Of a DNA stretch of 37,935 nucleotides, positions 7,507 through 15,890 are shown piece after piece. Positions within the stretch are counted from its first letter, which is position 1. Each line of letters opens with the position of its first letter. The stretch spans positions 1 through 37,935 of IMG/VR virus record IMGVR_UViG_2778261393_000005, one strand, 5' to 3'. The position numbers and the translations under genes were made by a program. The notes beneath the pieces were generated by a model. The model made no database searches and was not told where the DNA came from. It saw nothing but the letters and a program-made list of their open reading frames with translations. Source of the DNA: a virus (Duplodnaviria; Heunggongvirae; Uroviricota; Caudoviricetes).

Positions 7507-7562
7507 TACCTGCCGGTAAATAACCTATGGGTATTGATTTGCTTTTTACCTACAGGTAAACT
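7507..7562. promoter_or_regulatory. OR1-OR3 operators with divergent PR and PRM promoters
   Basis: Palindromes TACCTGCCGGTA (7507-7518), AACCTATGGGTA (7522-7533), TACCTACAGGTA (7547-7558); PR -35 TTGATT (7534-7539), 17 nt, -10 TAAACT (7557-7562); cI ATG lies right after a TAGAAT-like PRM -10, suggesting a near-leaderless cI mRNA. Confidence 0.65.
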
Positions 7563-7594
7563 CATCTTATTCAACAACGGGAAGGAGATAGCAA

Positions 7595-7825
7595 ATGGAA
7601 GAACTCCGCTTGTATCTGAACTCCCTTTCACTGGAAGAGCAGAGAGAATTTGCCACCAAGTGCGGAACTTCTATCGGCTATTTGAGGAAAGCACTTAGCC
7701 GTAATCATGAATTGGGCGCAGCACTTTGTGTTCTGATTGAGAAGTTCAGCAATGGTGAAGTGACTCGCAAAGACCTTCATCCGGTTGATTGGGAAAGCAT
7801 CTGGCCTGAATTAATGGCCGCTTAA
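7595..7825 (+). CDS. cro: Cro-like repressor, 76 aa
   Basis: First gene right of OR with GGAGA SD; HTH-like segment TKCGTSIGYLRKAL. Confidence 0.75.
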   Translation: MEELRLYLNSLSLEEQREFATKCGTSIGYLRKALSRNHELGAALCVLIEKFSNGEVTRKDLHPVDWESIWPELMAA

Positions 7826-7833
7826 GTTATTAA

Positions 7834-7865
7834 CGCTCTTACACATCCCCGCCCTGAAAAAGGGC
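7834..7865 (+). promoter_or_regulatory. nutR: nutR site (boxA CGCTCTTAC + boxB GCCCTGAAAAAGGGC)
   Basis: CGCTCTTACACATCCCCGCCCTGAAAAAGGGC just downstream of cro; matches recalled lambda nutR. Confidence 0.8.
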
Positions 7866-7891
7866 ATTACCAGAAACAAATCTCTATGGTT

Positions 7892-7905
7892 TTGCGTTTC
7901 TTTGC
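7892..7905 (-). promoter_or_regulatory. CII-binding direct repeat TTGC-N6-TTGC (pRE -35 region candidate)
   Basis: TTGCGTTTCTTTGC located 37 bp upstream of cII ATG; pattern of the lambda CII box. Confidence 0.5.
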
Positions 7906-7941
7906 GAAGCCAACTCTATCTAATCATTAAGGAAATTATCT

Positions 7942-8223
7942 ATGGGTACTATTGCAACTAAAAGCAAGAAAGCGGCTCGCATCGAGTCAGCCTTGCTGAA
8001 CAAACTGGCACTGATGGGGCAGAAGGCATTCGCTCGAGCAATGGGGGTTCCTGAATATCAGGTAAGCCGATGGAAGAATGGTTTCTTCTCGCAGGTAAGC
8101 ATGATGCTGGCTGTTCTGGAATACGGAATCGAAGACGATGAAATGGCTGAATTGACTAAGCGGATTGCCGATTACCTGACAAAAGAAAAAGCCCCGAAGA
8201 ACGGCGAATTCTTCGAGGCCTGA
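7942..8223 (+). CDS. cII: CII transcriptional activator
   Basis: ...ARIESALLNKLALMG...QVSRWK...MLAVLEYGIEDDEMAEL... resembles recalled lambda CII (RIESALLNKIAMLG...QISRWKR...MLLAVLEWG); AAGGAA SD. Confidence 0.85.
   Translation: MGTIATKSKKAARIESALLNKLALMGQKAFARAMGVPEYQVSRWKNGFFSQVSMMLAVLEYGIEDDEMAELTKRIADYLTKEKAPKNGEFFEA
8181..8215 (-). terminator. Minus-strand rho-independent terminator inside the cII 3' end (oop-like antisense RNA terminator candidate)
   Basis: Minus-strand hairpin CGAAGAA-ttcgccg-TTCTTCG followed by GGGCTTTTTCTTTT; antisense to cII C-terminal codons. Confidence 0.4.
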
Positions 8224-8257
8224 TGTAGAAAGACTGGATCAATCCACAGGAGTAATT

Positions 8258-8419
8258 ATGACAAAACGTCGTAAGAAATACCAGGAAAAAGAAGAGATTC
8301 GACACCCTGATTCACCTGAGGGATTAGTGGTAGCCGCAGCAAATAACAGGGCGTTCGCAGAGCGCCTTGTTGGTGTTTACAGACTAGCCAAAGCAGGAGT
8401 GAAACATGGGCGTCGTTAA
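8258..8419 (+). CDS. Hypothetical small basic protein, 53 aa
   Basis: ATG 8258 with AGGAG SD (7-nt spacer); MTKRRKKYQEKEEIRHPDSPEG...; lies between cII and O. Confidence 0.35.
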   Translation: MTKRRKKYQEKEEIRHPDSPEGLVVAAANNRAFAERLVGVYRLAKAGVKHGRR

Positions 8420-8468
8420 GTTAGCTGATTACAGGCATAACCCTGTACAACATCAGGAGGCATCCAGT

Positions 8469-9296
8469 ATGGGGTATGTCTCTATACACCGCCAGTTTAT
8501 GGACAGCAGGCTCTATAAGGACTCTCAGGCAGTACATCTTTGGCTTCACTTAATCCTCAAGGCTAATCACGAATCTACTGTCGTCAATACGGATATCGGG
8601 CCGATAACTGTTGATCGCGGTCAGATGATAACTGGACGCCCGTCGCTGGTCAGAGAAACATTCATCCCCGACAACAAAGTTCGGAGCTTATTGCGGACTT
8701 TTGAGTCGAAAGGGATGCTTAATATTTGCTCGATGGGGAAGAAATTTAGCCTGTTTACAATCGTTAAATATGACGATTTTCAGGCAAAAAATTGTCCAAC
8801 GGTTGTCCAACGGTTGTCCAACGCAAACACCAGTAATGGCGCGGCTCTCAGCGGAGATTGTCCAACGGTTGTCCAACGGTTGTCCATAAACAATAATATA
8901 AATAATATCTCTAATACTGACGTATTAGAGAGTACCGCAGCAGACAAAAAGTCTGACAAGAAAAAACCTTCCGTTAGCTGTCAGGATGTTGTCGATGCTT
9001 ACCACGAAATCCTTCCTGAAGCGCCAAAAATCCGCGCACTGAATGACAAGCGTAAAAACCAGATCCGAACGTTCTGGCGCAAAGCCGGAGTGATAACCCG
9101 CCAGCTTGACGGGCATGGGTTCACGATGCAGGACTGGAGAAATTATTTGAGCTACGTAGGCGAAAATTGCCGATGGATGTTCGAAGAGCGCCCAAACCAT
9201 CAGCGCGGAACCGTCTGGCACAAAAAGGGATTTGATTTCCTGCTTAACGATAATACCTACCTGAAAGTTCGTGAGGGTGAACACGATGACCGATAA
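8469..9296 (+). CDS. Replication initiator protein (lambda O / P22 gp18 analogue)
   Basis: ATG 8469 with AGGAGG SD; ori iterons lie inside the coding sequence; followed by an overlapping helicase gene; the ORF-track start 8406 is discounted. Confidence 0.75.
   Translation: MGYVSIHRQFMDSRLYKDSQAVHLWLHLILKANHESTVVNTDIGPITVDRGQMITGRPSLVRETFIPDNKVRSLLRTFESKGMLNICSMGKKFSLFTIVKYDDFQAKNCPTVVQRLSNANTSNGAALSGDCPTVVQRLSINNNINNISNTDVLESTAADKKSDKKKPSVSCQDVVDAYHEILPEAPKIRALNDKRKNQIRTFWRKAGVITRQLDGHGFTMQDWRNYLSYVGENCRWMFEERPNHQRGTVWHKKGFDFLLNDNTYLKVREGEHDDR
8792..8920. repeat. Replication origin: two clusters of three 11-bp iterons (TTGTCCAACGG) plus an AT-rich region
   Basis: Iteron clusters at 8792-8823 and 8857-8888, then AAACAATAATATAAATAATATCTCTAATACTGA; inside the initiator gene as in lambdoid ori. 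Confidence 0.65.
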
Positions 9297-10722
9297 TTTT
9301 TATGCGCCGCCCCATAGCATCGAGGCAGAGCAGGCGGTGATTGGTGGATTGCTTCTGGATGATGACTGCAGTGAGCGCGTCCAGAAAGTTCTGGCGATGC
9401 TGAAGCCTGACTCATTTTACAGCCGACCACACAAAATCCTTTTCGAAGAAATAACCAGAATGCACCGGGAGCAAAAGCCAGTAGATGGCCTGACGCTTTT
9501 CGATGAACTGGAGCGTAAATCGTTAACGGCGTCTGTTGGCGGTTTTGCTTATATCGCTGAGATCGCAAAGAACACGCCAAGCGCAGCAAACATCGTTGCC
9601 TATGCAATGCAGGTTCGTGAAACCGCAATGGAACGCTACGCCATCAACCGCATGACTGAAGCGACGGAATTGCTCTATTCCCGCAACGGAATGACTGCAA
9701 CACAGAAGTACGAAGCTATTCAGTCGATTTTCACGCAACTGACAGACCATGCAAAAACCGGATCGCGTCGCGGCCTTCGTTCATTTGGTGAGGTCATGGA
9801 AGACTGGGTTAGCGACCTTGAGAAGCGATTTGACCCGTCAGGCGAACAACGAGGAATGAGCACAGGGATCCCATCGCTGGACAGGATGCTGTCACCGAAA
9901 GGTCTGGTGAAAGGCTCTCTGTTTGTCATTGGCGCTCGCCCTAAGATGGGGAAAACGACGCTATACAGCCAGATGGCAATCAATTGCGCAGTGCATGAGA
10001 AAAAGCCCGCTCTGATGTTCAGCCTTGAAATGCCAGGTGATCAGATACTGGAAAAACTGGTAGGGCAGAAGTCTGGTGTTAACCCGAATATTTTTTACCT
10101 TCCGGCGACAAATGACGCCGATGACGGCTATCAGGGTGATTACGATGGTGACTTCAACAGGGCGATCGAAACAGCCAATCGCTTGAGTGAAATCGACATG
10201 CTTTACATCGACGACACGCCGGGATTATCTCTGGCTCAAATCGTCAGCGAAAGCCGTCGAATCAAGCGAGAAAAAGGATGTGTTGGCATGATTCTGGTCG
10301 ATTACCTGACACTAATGACCGCTGAGAAGGCCGATCGCAACGACCTTGCTTACGGCATGATCACCAAAGGACTGAAGAACCTTGCCAAAGAGCTTGATTG
10401 CGTTGTTGTGCTTCTGACGCAGCTTAACCGCGCACTGGAAAGCCGAACCAATAAACGCCCATTACCAAGTGACTCACGAGATACAGGGCAGATTGAACAG
10501 GATTGCGATTATTGGGTGGGGATCCATCGTGAAGGTGCTTTTGATGACAGTGTTCCACCTGGTGAAACCGAACTAATCCTTCGTCTCAATCGTCATGGCA
10601 ATACCGGCACGGTGTATTGCATTCAGGCAAATGGCGCTATTTATGACACAGACCAACAGTCTGCTGAAATGCGCCGCCGTGAACGCGAGGAGCCGCAGTC
10701 CAAGAAGAAAGGAGGATTCTGA
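9286..10722 (+). CDS. Replicative DNA helicase (DnaB family; P22 gp12-like)
   Basis: Walker A GARPKMGKTT, Walker B-like MILVDYLTLM; ATG 9286 overlaps the initiator stop; the ORF track begins at GTG 9271. Confidence 0.85.
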   Translation: MTDNFYAPPHSIEAEQAVIGGLLLDDDCSERVQKVLAMLKPDSFYSRPHKILFEEITRMHREQKPVDGLTLFDELERKSLTASVGGFAYIAEIAKNTPSAANIVAYAMQVRETAMERYAINRMTEATELLYSRNGMTATQKYEAIQSIFTQLTDHAKTGSRRGLRSFGEVMEDWVSDLEKRFDPSGEQRGMSTGIPSLDRMLSPKGLVKGSLFVIGARPKMGKTTLYSQMAINCAVHEKKPALMFSLEMPGDQILEKLVGQKSGVNPNIFYLPATNDADDGYQGDYDGDFNRAIETANRLSEIDMLYIDDTPGLSLAQIVSESRRIKREKGCVGMILVDYLTLMTAEKADRNDLAYGMITKGLKNLAKELDCVVVLLTQLNRALESRTNKRPLPSDSRDTGQIEQDCDYWVGIHREGAFDDSVPPGETELILRLNRHGNTGTVYCIQANGAIYDTDQQSAEMRRREREEPQSKKKGGF

Positions 10723-10751
10723 TGACCATCTACATCACTGAGCTAATAACA

Positions 10752-10781
10752 GGGGCTATTTACACAGTAGCCCTTTTTTAT
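10752..10781 (+). terminator. Rho-independent terminator after the replication genes
   Basis: GGGGCTA-loop-TAGCCC followed by TTTTTTA, about 30 nt after the helicase stop. Confidence 0.55.
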
Positions 10782-10806
10782 TGGATTAAGAACGAGGGGG
10801 ATCCTG

Positions 10807-11019
10807 ATGGACACCGTTAACGGAATGTGTTCAGACGCACCGCGTGCCAAAAAATGTAAATGCGGAAAATCACCGACAATATTCGACATGGAGAACGGGT
10901 GCCAAATCTACTGCGCTAACCACGCCGCTGTGGCGGCCGCGAATTATCGCAGTGCGGTAACGGAGTGGAATAACCTGAAATCTGTTAGAGAGGGAAGTCA
11001 TGAAAAAACTAACCTTTGA
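10807..11019 (+). CDS. Hypothetical Cys-rich small protein, 70 aa
   Basis: GAGGGGG SD; CxC...C...C pattern (KCKCGKSP...NGCQIYCANH) suggests a zinc-binding fold. Confidence 0.4.
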   Translation: MDTVNGMCSDAPRAKKCKCGKSPTIFDMENGCQIYCANHAAVAAANYRSAVTEWNNLKSVREGSHEKTNL

Positions 11020-11440
11020 AATTCGATCCCCAGCACATCAGCAAAACGCTATTCACGCGGTACAGCAAATTCTTCCAGACCCAACCAAACCAATCGTAGT
11101 AACCATTCAGGAACGCAACCGCAGCTTAGACCAGAATCGAAAGCTTTGGGCTTGCCTTGGTGACGTCTCTCGTCAGGTTGAATGGCATGGTCGCTGGCTG
11201 GATGCAGAAAGCTGGAAGTGCGTTTTTACAGCAGCATTAAAGCAGCAGGATGTTGTTCCTAACCTTTCCGGGAATGGCTTTGTGGTAATAGGCCAGTCAA
11301 CCAGCAGGATGCGTGTAGGCGAATTTGCGGAGCTATTAGAGCTTATACAGGCATTCGGTACAGAGCGTGGCGTTAAGTGGTCAGACGAAGCGAGACTGGC
11401 TCTGGAGTGGAAAGCGAGATGGGGAGATCGGGCTGCATGA
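11000..11440 (+). CDS. ninB: NinB (Orf) recombination mediator
   Basis: MKKLTFEIRSPAHQQNAIHAVQQILPDPTKPIVVTIQERNRSLDQNRKLWACLGDV..., recalled as lambda NinB. Confidence 0.85.
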   Translation: MKKLTFEIRSPAHQQNAIHAVQQILPDPTKPIVVTIQERNRSLDQNRKLWACLGDVSRQVEWHGRWLDAESWKCVFTAALKQQDVVPNLSGNGFVVIGQSTSRMRVGEFAELLELIQAFGTERGVKWSDEARLALEWKARWGDRAA

Positions 11441-11964
11441 CTATCAAATCAAATACGCCAGCACACGACAAGGACTGCTGGCAAACGCCGCTTTGGCTTT
11501 TTGATGCACTGGATATTGAGTTTGGATTCTGGCTGGATTCGGCAGCGAGCGACAAAAATGCTCTGTGTGCTCACTGGCTAACTGAGGCCGACGACGCGCT
11601 CAATTCTGAGTGGATAAGCCACGGTGCAATCTGGAATAACCCACCGTACAGCAATATCAGGCCGTGGGTGGAAAAAGCCGCTGAGCAGTGCATACAACAG
11701 CGACAGACGGTAGTGATGCTTGTGCCAGAGGATATGTCAGTCGGATGGTTCAGCAAGGCTCTGGAGAGTGTCGACGAAGTTCGTATTATCACTGATGGAC
11801 GGATTAATTTTATCGAACCATCGACAGGGCTGGAGAAGAAGGGAAACAGCAAAGGCTCCATGCTGCTGATTTGGCGACCGTTCATCAGTCCTCGACGGAT
11901 GTTTACCACCGTATCCAAAGCGGCATTGATGGCGATCGGGCAGGGCGTCAGGAGGGCTGCATGA
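11437..11964 (+). CDS. Phage DNA N6-adenine methyltransferase (Dam-like, orphan)
   Basis: ATGA-coupled to ninB; catalytic NPPY motif (IWNNPPYS); no adjacent restriction endonuclease ORF. Confidence 0.75.
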   Translation: MTIKSNTPAHDKDCWQTPLWLFDALDIEFGFWLDSAASDKNALCAHWLTEADDALNSEWISHGAIWNNPPYSNIRPWVEKAAEQCIQQRQTVVMLVPEDMSVGWFSKALESVDEVRIITDGRINFIEPSTGLEKKGNSKGSMLLIWRPFISPRRMFTTVSKAALMAIGQGVRRAA

Positions 11965-12137
11965 GACGACAGCGACGAAGTATCACCGACATCATCTGCG
12001 AAAACTGCAAATACCTTCCAACGAAACGCTCCAGAAATAAACGCAAGCCAATCCCAAAAGAATCTGACGTAAAAACCTTCAACTACACGGCTCACCTGTG
12101 GGATATCCGGTGGCTAAGACATCGTGCGAGGAAATGA
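11961..12137 (+). CDS. ninE: NinE protein
   Basis: [51 protein letters not shown]..., recalled as lambda NinE; ATGA overlap with the methyltransferase stop. Confidence 0.75.
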   Translation: MRRQRRSITDIICENCKYLPTKRSRNKRKPIPKESDVKTFNYTAHLWDIRWLRHRARK

Positions 12138-12139
12138 CA

Positions 12140-12541
12140 ATGCTTTTAATTCAACCTGGATTTGGACTTAGCATCAAAAAAGGCCACATGTTTGGCGAGA
12201 AAGAGTCACAACGAAAAATGGTGTCTATCCGGTTGCCATTTATCAGTATTTATTGGCTAAACAAGGAGGCAACAAATTATTGGTATACATGCGCCAGAGC
12301 AGCATTTAACGACCCTGACTGGTTTGTGAAAAACCACCACGCAGTTCGTCAGGCAAAGAGAAAGGCCAATACGACATACATGAAGGCGTATCGAAAAGCA
12401 TGGAAAGAACACCGCGATCGATACCAGCAAGACATGGAAAAGCTTGAATCAGAAAACATGGAATTAAGACGAAAGCTTGGTGAAGCAAAACGAGACATTG
12501 ATGCTTACAAGCGACTTTTTAATGGTGAAAGCCATGCTTAG
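12140..12541 (+). CDS. Hypothetical protein, about 133 aa (nin region)
   Basis: ATG 12140 after GAGGAA; C-terminal coiled-coil (QQDMEKLESENMELRRKLGEAKRDIDAYKRL); start uncertain. Confidence 0.4.
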   Translation: MLLIQPGFGLSIKKGHMFGEKESQRKMVSIRLPFISIYWLNKEATNYWYTCARAAFNDPDWFVKNHHAVRQAKRKANTTYMKAYRKAWKEHRDRYQQDMEKLESENMELRRKLGEAKRDIDAYKRLFNGESHA

Positions 12542-12710
12542 CCCATCCCAATCCCTTCAATACCAGAAAGAAAGCGTCGAGCGGGCTTTAACGTGCGCTA
12601 ACTGCGGTCAGAAGCTGCATGTGCTGGAAGTTCACGTGTGCGCCGATTGCTGCGCAGAACTGATGAGCGATCCGAATAGCTCAATGTACGAGGAAGAAGA
12701 CGATGAATGA
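12534..12710 (+). CDS. ninF: NinF protein
   Basis: MLSPSQSLQYQKESVERALTCANCGQKLHVLEVHVCADCCAELMSDPNSSMYEEEDDE, recalled as lambda NinF. Confidence 0.7.
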   Translation: MLSPSQSLQYQKESVERALTCANCGQKLHVLEVHVCADCCAELMSDPNSSMYEEEDDE

Positions 12711-13425
12711 GTTAATAAATGGCAATGCCATCAAAATGACAAGCATTGAAATCGCTGAGTTGGTGGGAAGTCGTCCAGATAACGTAAAAATATCAATAGA
12801 GCGCCTGGCTAAATCTGGAGTTATTCAACTTCCTGCATTGCAGGTTTTCGAAAAAATCAATAACTTAGGACTGCGCCGTAGTGTCGAGGCTTACGTCTTC
12901 GAAGGCGAACAAGGTAAGCGCGACAGCATTATTGTCGTTGCCCAGTTGTCGCCGGAATTCACCGCTCGCCTTGTTGACCGTTGGCGAGAGCTTGAAGAAG
13001 CTGCGGTTAATATCCCCAAAACGTTACCGGAAGCGTTGCGCCTTGCTGCTGATCTTGCTGAGCAGAAAATGCAACTGGAAAACCAGCTCGCAATTGCCGC
13101 ACCTAAAGTTGAGTTTGCCGATCGAGTTGGCGAGGCCAGCGGAATTTTGATTGGAAACTTTGCAAAGGTTGTTGGAATTGGTCCAAACAAACTGTTTGCG
13201 TGGATGCGCGATCACAAAATCCTTATTGCTTCAGGTTCCCGGCGCAATGTGCCAATGCAGGAATATATGGATCGCGGCTATTTCACAGTGAAAGAAACAG
13301 CGATCAACACAAATCACGGGATACAGATATCGTTCACCACAAAAATCACCGGGCGTGGTCAACAGTGGCTGACCAGAAAGCTGCTCGATAACGGAATGCT
13401 GAAAGTAACAGGGGAGGCTGCTTAA
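12703..13425 (+). CDS. Antirepressor-like protein (Rha/Ant N-terminal region plus KilA-C/ANT domain)
   Basis: 240 aa; N-terminus MTSIEIAELVGSRPDNV..., C-terminal ...FADRVGEASGILIGNFAKVVGIGPNKLFAWMRDHKIL... (KilAC-type); domain call from memory. Confidence 0.5.
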   Translation: MNELINGNAIKMTSIEIAELVGSRPDNVKISIERLAKSGVIQLPALQVFEKINNLGLRRSVEAYVFEGEQGKRDSIIVVAQLSPEFTARLVDRWRELEEAAVNIPKTLPEALRLAADLAEQKMQLENQLAIAAPKVEFADRVGEASGILIGNFAKVVGIGPNKLFAWMRDHKILIASGSRRNVPMQEYMDRGYFTVKETAINTNHGIQISFTTKITGRGQQWLTRKLLDNGMLKVTGEAA

Positions 13426-13715
13426 TGGCTAACCTACGCAAAGAAGCACGCGGCAGAGAATGCCAGGTACGTATTTACGGCGTATGCAATGGCAACCCTG
13501 AAACTACAGTTCTGGCACATTACCGGATGGCTGGAATTTGCGGAACGGGAATGAAGCCTGACGACCTGATCGGTGCATGGGCTTGTAGTGCGTGTCACGA
13601 TGAAATCGACCGACGCACCCATAATCTCGACAACAAAGACGCCAGACTTTACCACCTCGAAGGCGTGATCAGAACGCAGGCGATACTGCTGAGGGAGGGG
13701 AAGATTAAGTCATGA
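13425..13715 (+). CDS. DUF1364/YbcO-like Cys-rich protein, 96 aa
   Basis: MANLRKEARGRECQVRIYGVCNGNPETTVLAHYR...CSACHDEIDRR; TAATG overlap with upstream gene; nin-region position. Confidence 0.5.
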   Translation: MANLRKEARGRECQVRIYGVCNGNPETTVLAHYRMAGICGTGMKPDDLIGAWACSACHDEIDRRTHNLDNKDARLYHLEGVIRTQAILLREGKIKS

Positions 13716-14074
13716 ACGAATATCAGTTTGTGCTTCCATACCCGCCGTCGGTGAATACCTACTGGCGAAGACGGGGAAGCCAATATTACATAAGCGATAA
13801 AGGCCAGAAATACCGAAAAGACGTTCAGCAAATCATCCGCCAACTTAAGTTAGACATTTTCACCAAATCACGACTCCGCATCAAAGTCATCGCAGACGTT
13901 CCAGACTCCCGCCGCCGCGACCTCGACAACATCCTGAAAGGTTTACTCGACTCTCTTATCCACGCCGGATTTGCGGAAGACGACGAGCAATTCGATGACA
14001 TTCGCGTAATTCGTGGCGTGAAAGTACCAGGCGGAAGGCTTGGAATAAAAATCACCGAACTGGAGAACGTATGA
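13712..14074 (+). CDS. rusA: RusA Holliday-junction resolvase
   Basis: ...RRRDLDNILKGLLDSLIHAGF..DDEQ...RLGIKITELE; conserved acidic residues; 120 aa. Confidence 0.8.
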   Translation: MNEYQFVLPYPPSVNTYWRRRGSQYYISDKGQKYRKDVQQIIRQLKLDIFTKSRLRIKVIADVPDSRRRDLDNILKGLLDSLIHAGFAEDDEQFDDIRVIRGVKVPGGRLGIKITELENV

Positions 14075-14259
14075 ACGCCACAATTCAAACGATACCAGAG
14101 CTTCTTATCCAGACACGAGGCAATCAGACCGAAGTGGCGAGGATGCTTTCCTGCGCAAGAGGAACGGTGCTCAAGTACAACCGAGACAGCAAAGGCGAAC
14201 GTCACGTAATAGTTAACGGCGTCCTGATGGTCAAACAGGGCAAGAGGGGAAGACGATGA
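14071..14259 (+). CDS. ninH: NinH-like protein
   Basis: ...GNQTEVARMLSCARGTVLKY... resembles recalled lambda NinH (GNQTEVARRLKCSRGTVRKY). Confidence 0.7.
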   Translation: MNATIQTIPELLIQTRGNQTEVARMLSCARGTVLKYNRDSKGERHVIVNGVLMVKQGKRGRR

Positions 14260-14879
14260 GACTCGAAAGCGTAGCTAAATTTCATTCGCCAAAAAGCCCA
14301 ATGATGAGCGACTCACCACGGGCTACGGCTTCTGACTCTCTTTCCGGTACTGATGTGATGGCTGCTATGGGGATGGCGCAATCACAAGCCGGATTCGGTA
14401 TGGCTGCATTCTGCGGTAAGCACGAACTCAGCCAGAACGACAAACAAAAGGCTATCAACTATCTGATGCAATTTGCACACAAGGTATCGGGGAAATACCG
14501 TGGCGTGGCAAAACTCGAAGGAAATACTAAGGCAAAGGTACTGCAAGTGCTCGCAACATTCGCTTATGCGGATTATTGCCGTAGTGCCGCGACGCCGGGC
14601 GCAAGATGCAGAGATTGCCACGGTACAGGCCGTGCGGTTGATATAGCCAAAACAGAGCAGTGGGGGAGAGTTGTTGAGAAAGAGTGCGGAAGATGCAAAG
14701 GTGTCGGCTATTCAAGAATGCCAGCAAGCGCCGCATATCGCGCTGTAACGATGCTAATCCCAAACCTTACTCAACCCACCTGGTCACGCACTGTTAAGCC
14801 GCTGTATGACGCTCTGGTGGTGCAATGCCACAAAGAAGAGTCAATCGCAGACAACATTTTGAATGCGGTCACACGTTAG
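14256..14879 (+). CDS. Q: Late-gene antiterminator Q (lambda Q type)
   Basis: 207-aa ORF MRLESVAKFHSPKSPMMSDSPRATASDSLSG...CRDCHGTGR...CGRCKG; recalled as near-identical to lambda Q. Confidence 0.9.
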   Translation: MRLESVAKFHSPKSPMMSDSPRATASDSLSGTDVMAAMGMAQSQAGFGMAAFCGKHELSQNDKQKAINYLMQFAHKVSGKYRGVAKLEGNTKAKVLQVLATFAYADYCRSAATPGARCRDCHGTGRAVDIAKTEQWGRVVEKECGRCKGVGYSRMPASAAYRAVTMLIPNLTQPTWSRTVKPLYDALVVQCHKEESIADNILNAVTR

Positions 14880-14921
14880 CAGCATGATTGCCACGGATGG
14901 CAACATATTAACGGCATAATA

Positions 14922-14950
14922 TTGACTTTTTGAATAAAGTTGGGTAAATT
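14922..14950 (+). promoter_or_regulatory. Late promoter PR' (with overlapping qut region)
   Basis: -35 TTGACT (14922-14927), 17 nt, -10 TAAATT (14945-14950), as recalled for lambda PR'. Confidence 0.7.
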
Positions 14951-14956
14951 TGACTC

Positions 14957-15149
14957 AACGATGGGTTAATTCGCTCGTTGTGGTAGTGAGATGAAAAGAG
15001 GCGACTCTTACTACCGATTCCGCCTAGTTGGTCACTTCGACGTATCGTCTGGAACTCCAACCATCGCAGGCTGAGAGGTCTGCAAAATGCAATCCCGAAA
15101 CAGTTCGCAGGTAATAGTTAGAGCCTGCATAACGGTTTCGGGATTTTTT
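14957..15149 (+). ncRNA. 6S-like short late transcript ending at tR' intrinsic terminator (terminator at 15091-15149)
   Basis: From inferred PR' start to hairpin AATCCCGAAAC...GTTTCGGGATTTTTTAT; matches recalled lambda tR'. Confidence 0.6.
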
Positions 15150-15566
15150 ATGTCTGTGCAACAGGTAAGAGTATTTGTAGAGTTCGACTCTCTACCGTGG
15201 GCTTTTTCCCGCGATGCGAGCCATAAATGCTCTTTCCGTTGTGCTGAATTAAGCGAATGCCGGAAGCAGAACCGGATCACCAAATGCGTACAGGCGTCAT
15301 CGCCGCCCAGCAACAGCACAACCCAAACTGAGCCGTATCCACTGGCTATCCTGAATTCATCAGTGATAGTTATGCTGCGGCCTTCTACACATGATCTTCG
15401 TGAAAGCGGGTGACAGGAGGTCGCGCTAACAACCTCCTGCCGTTTTGCCCGTGCATATCGGTCACGAACAAATCTGATTACTAAACACAGTAGCCTGGAT
15501 TTGTTCTATCAGTAATCGACCTTATTCCTAATTAAATAGAGCAAATCCCCTTATTGGGGGTAAGAC

Positions 15567-15890
15567 ATGAAGATGCCAGAAAAACATGACCTGTTAGCCG
15601 CCATTCTCGCGGCAAAGGAACAAGGCATCGGGGCAATCCTTGCGTTTGCAATGGCGTACCTTCGCGGCAGATATAATGGCGGTGCGTTTACAAAAACAGT
15701 AATCGACGCAACGATGTGCGCCATTATCGCCTGGTTCATTCGTGACCTTCTCGACTTCGCCGGACTAAGTAGCAATCTCGCTTATATAACGAGCGTGTTC
15801 ATCGGCTATATCGGCACTGACTCGATTGGTTCGCTTATCAAACGCTTCGCTGCTAAAAAAGCCGGAGTAGAAGATGGTGGAAATCAATAA
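15567..15890 (+). CDS. S: Holin S (class I, dual-start MKM motif)
   Basis: [62 protein letters not shown]..., recalled as lambda S. Confidence 0.9.
   Translation: MKMPEKHDLLAAILAAKEQGIGAILAFAMAYLRGRYNGGAFTKTVIDATMCAIIAWFIRDLLDFAGLSSNLAYITSVFIGYIGTDSIGSLIKRFAAKKAGVEDGGNQ

Noticed and set aside
8688-8889. ORFs 8688..8876 (-) and 8701..8889 (+) over the iteron repeats
   Set aside because: Generated by the direct repeats inside the initiator gene; they overlap the real initiator reading frame.
15032-15413. ORFs 15032..15319 (-) and 15087..15413 (+) between Q and S
   Set aside because: They overlap the PR'/6S/tR' terminator region, which is non-coding in lambda; no SDs; composition not protein-like.
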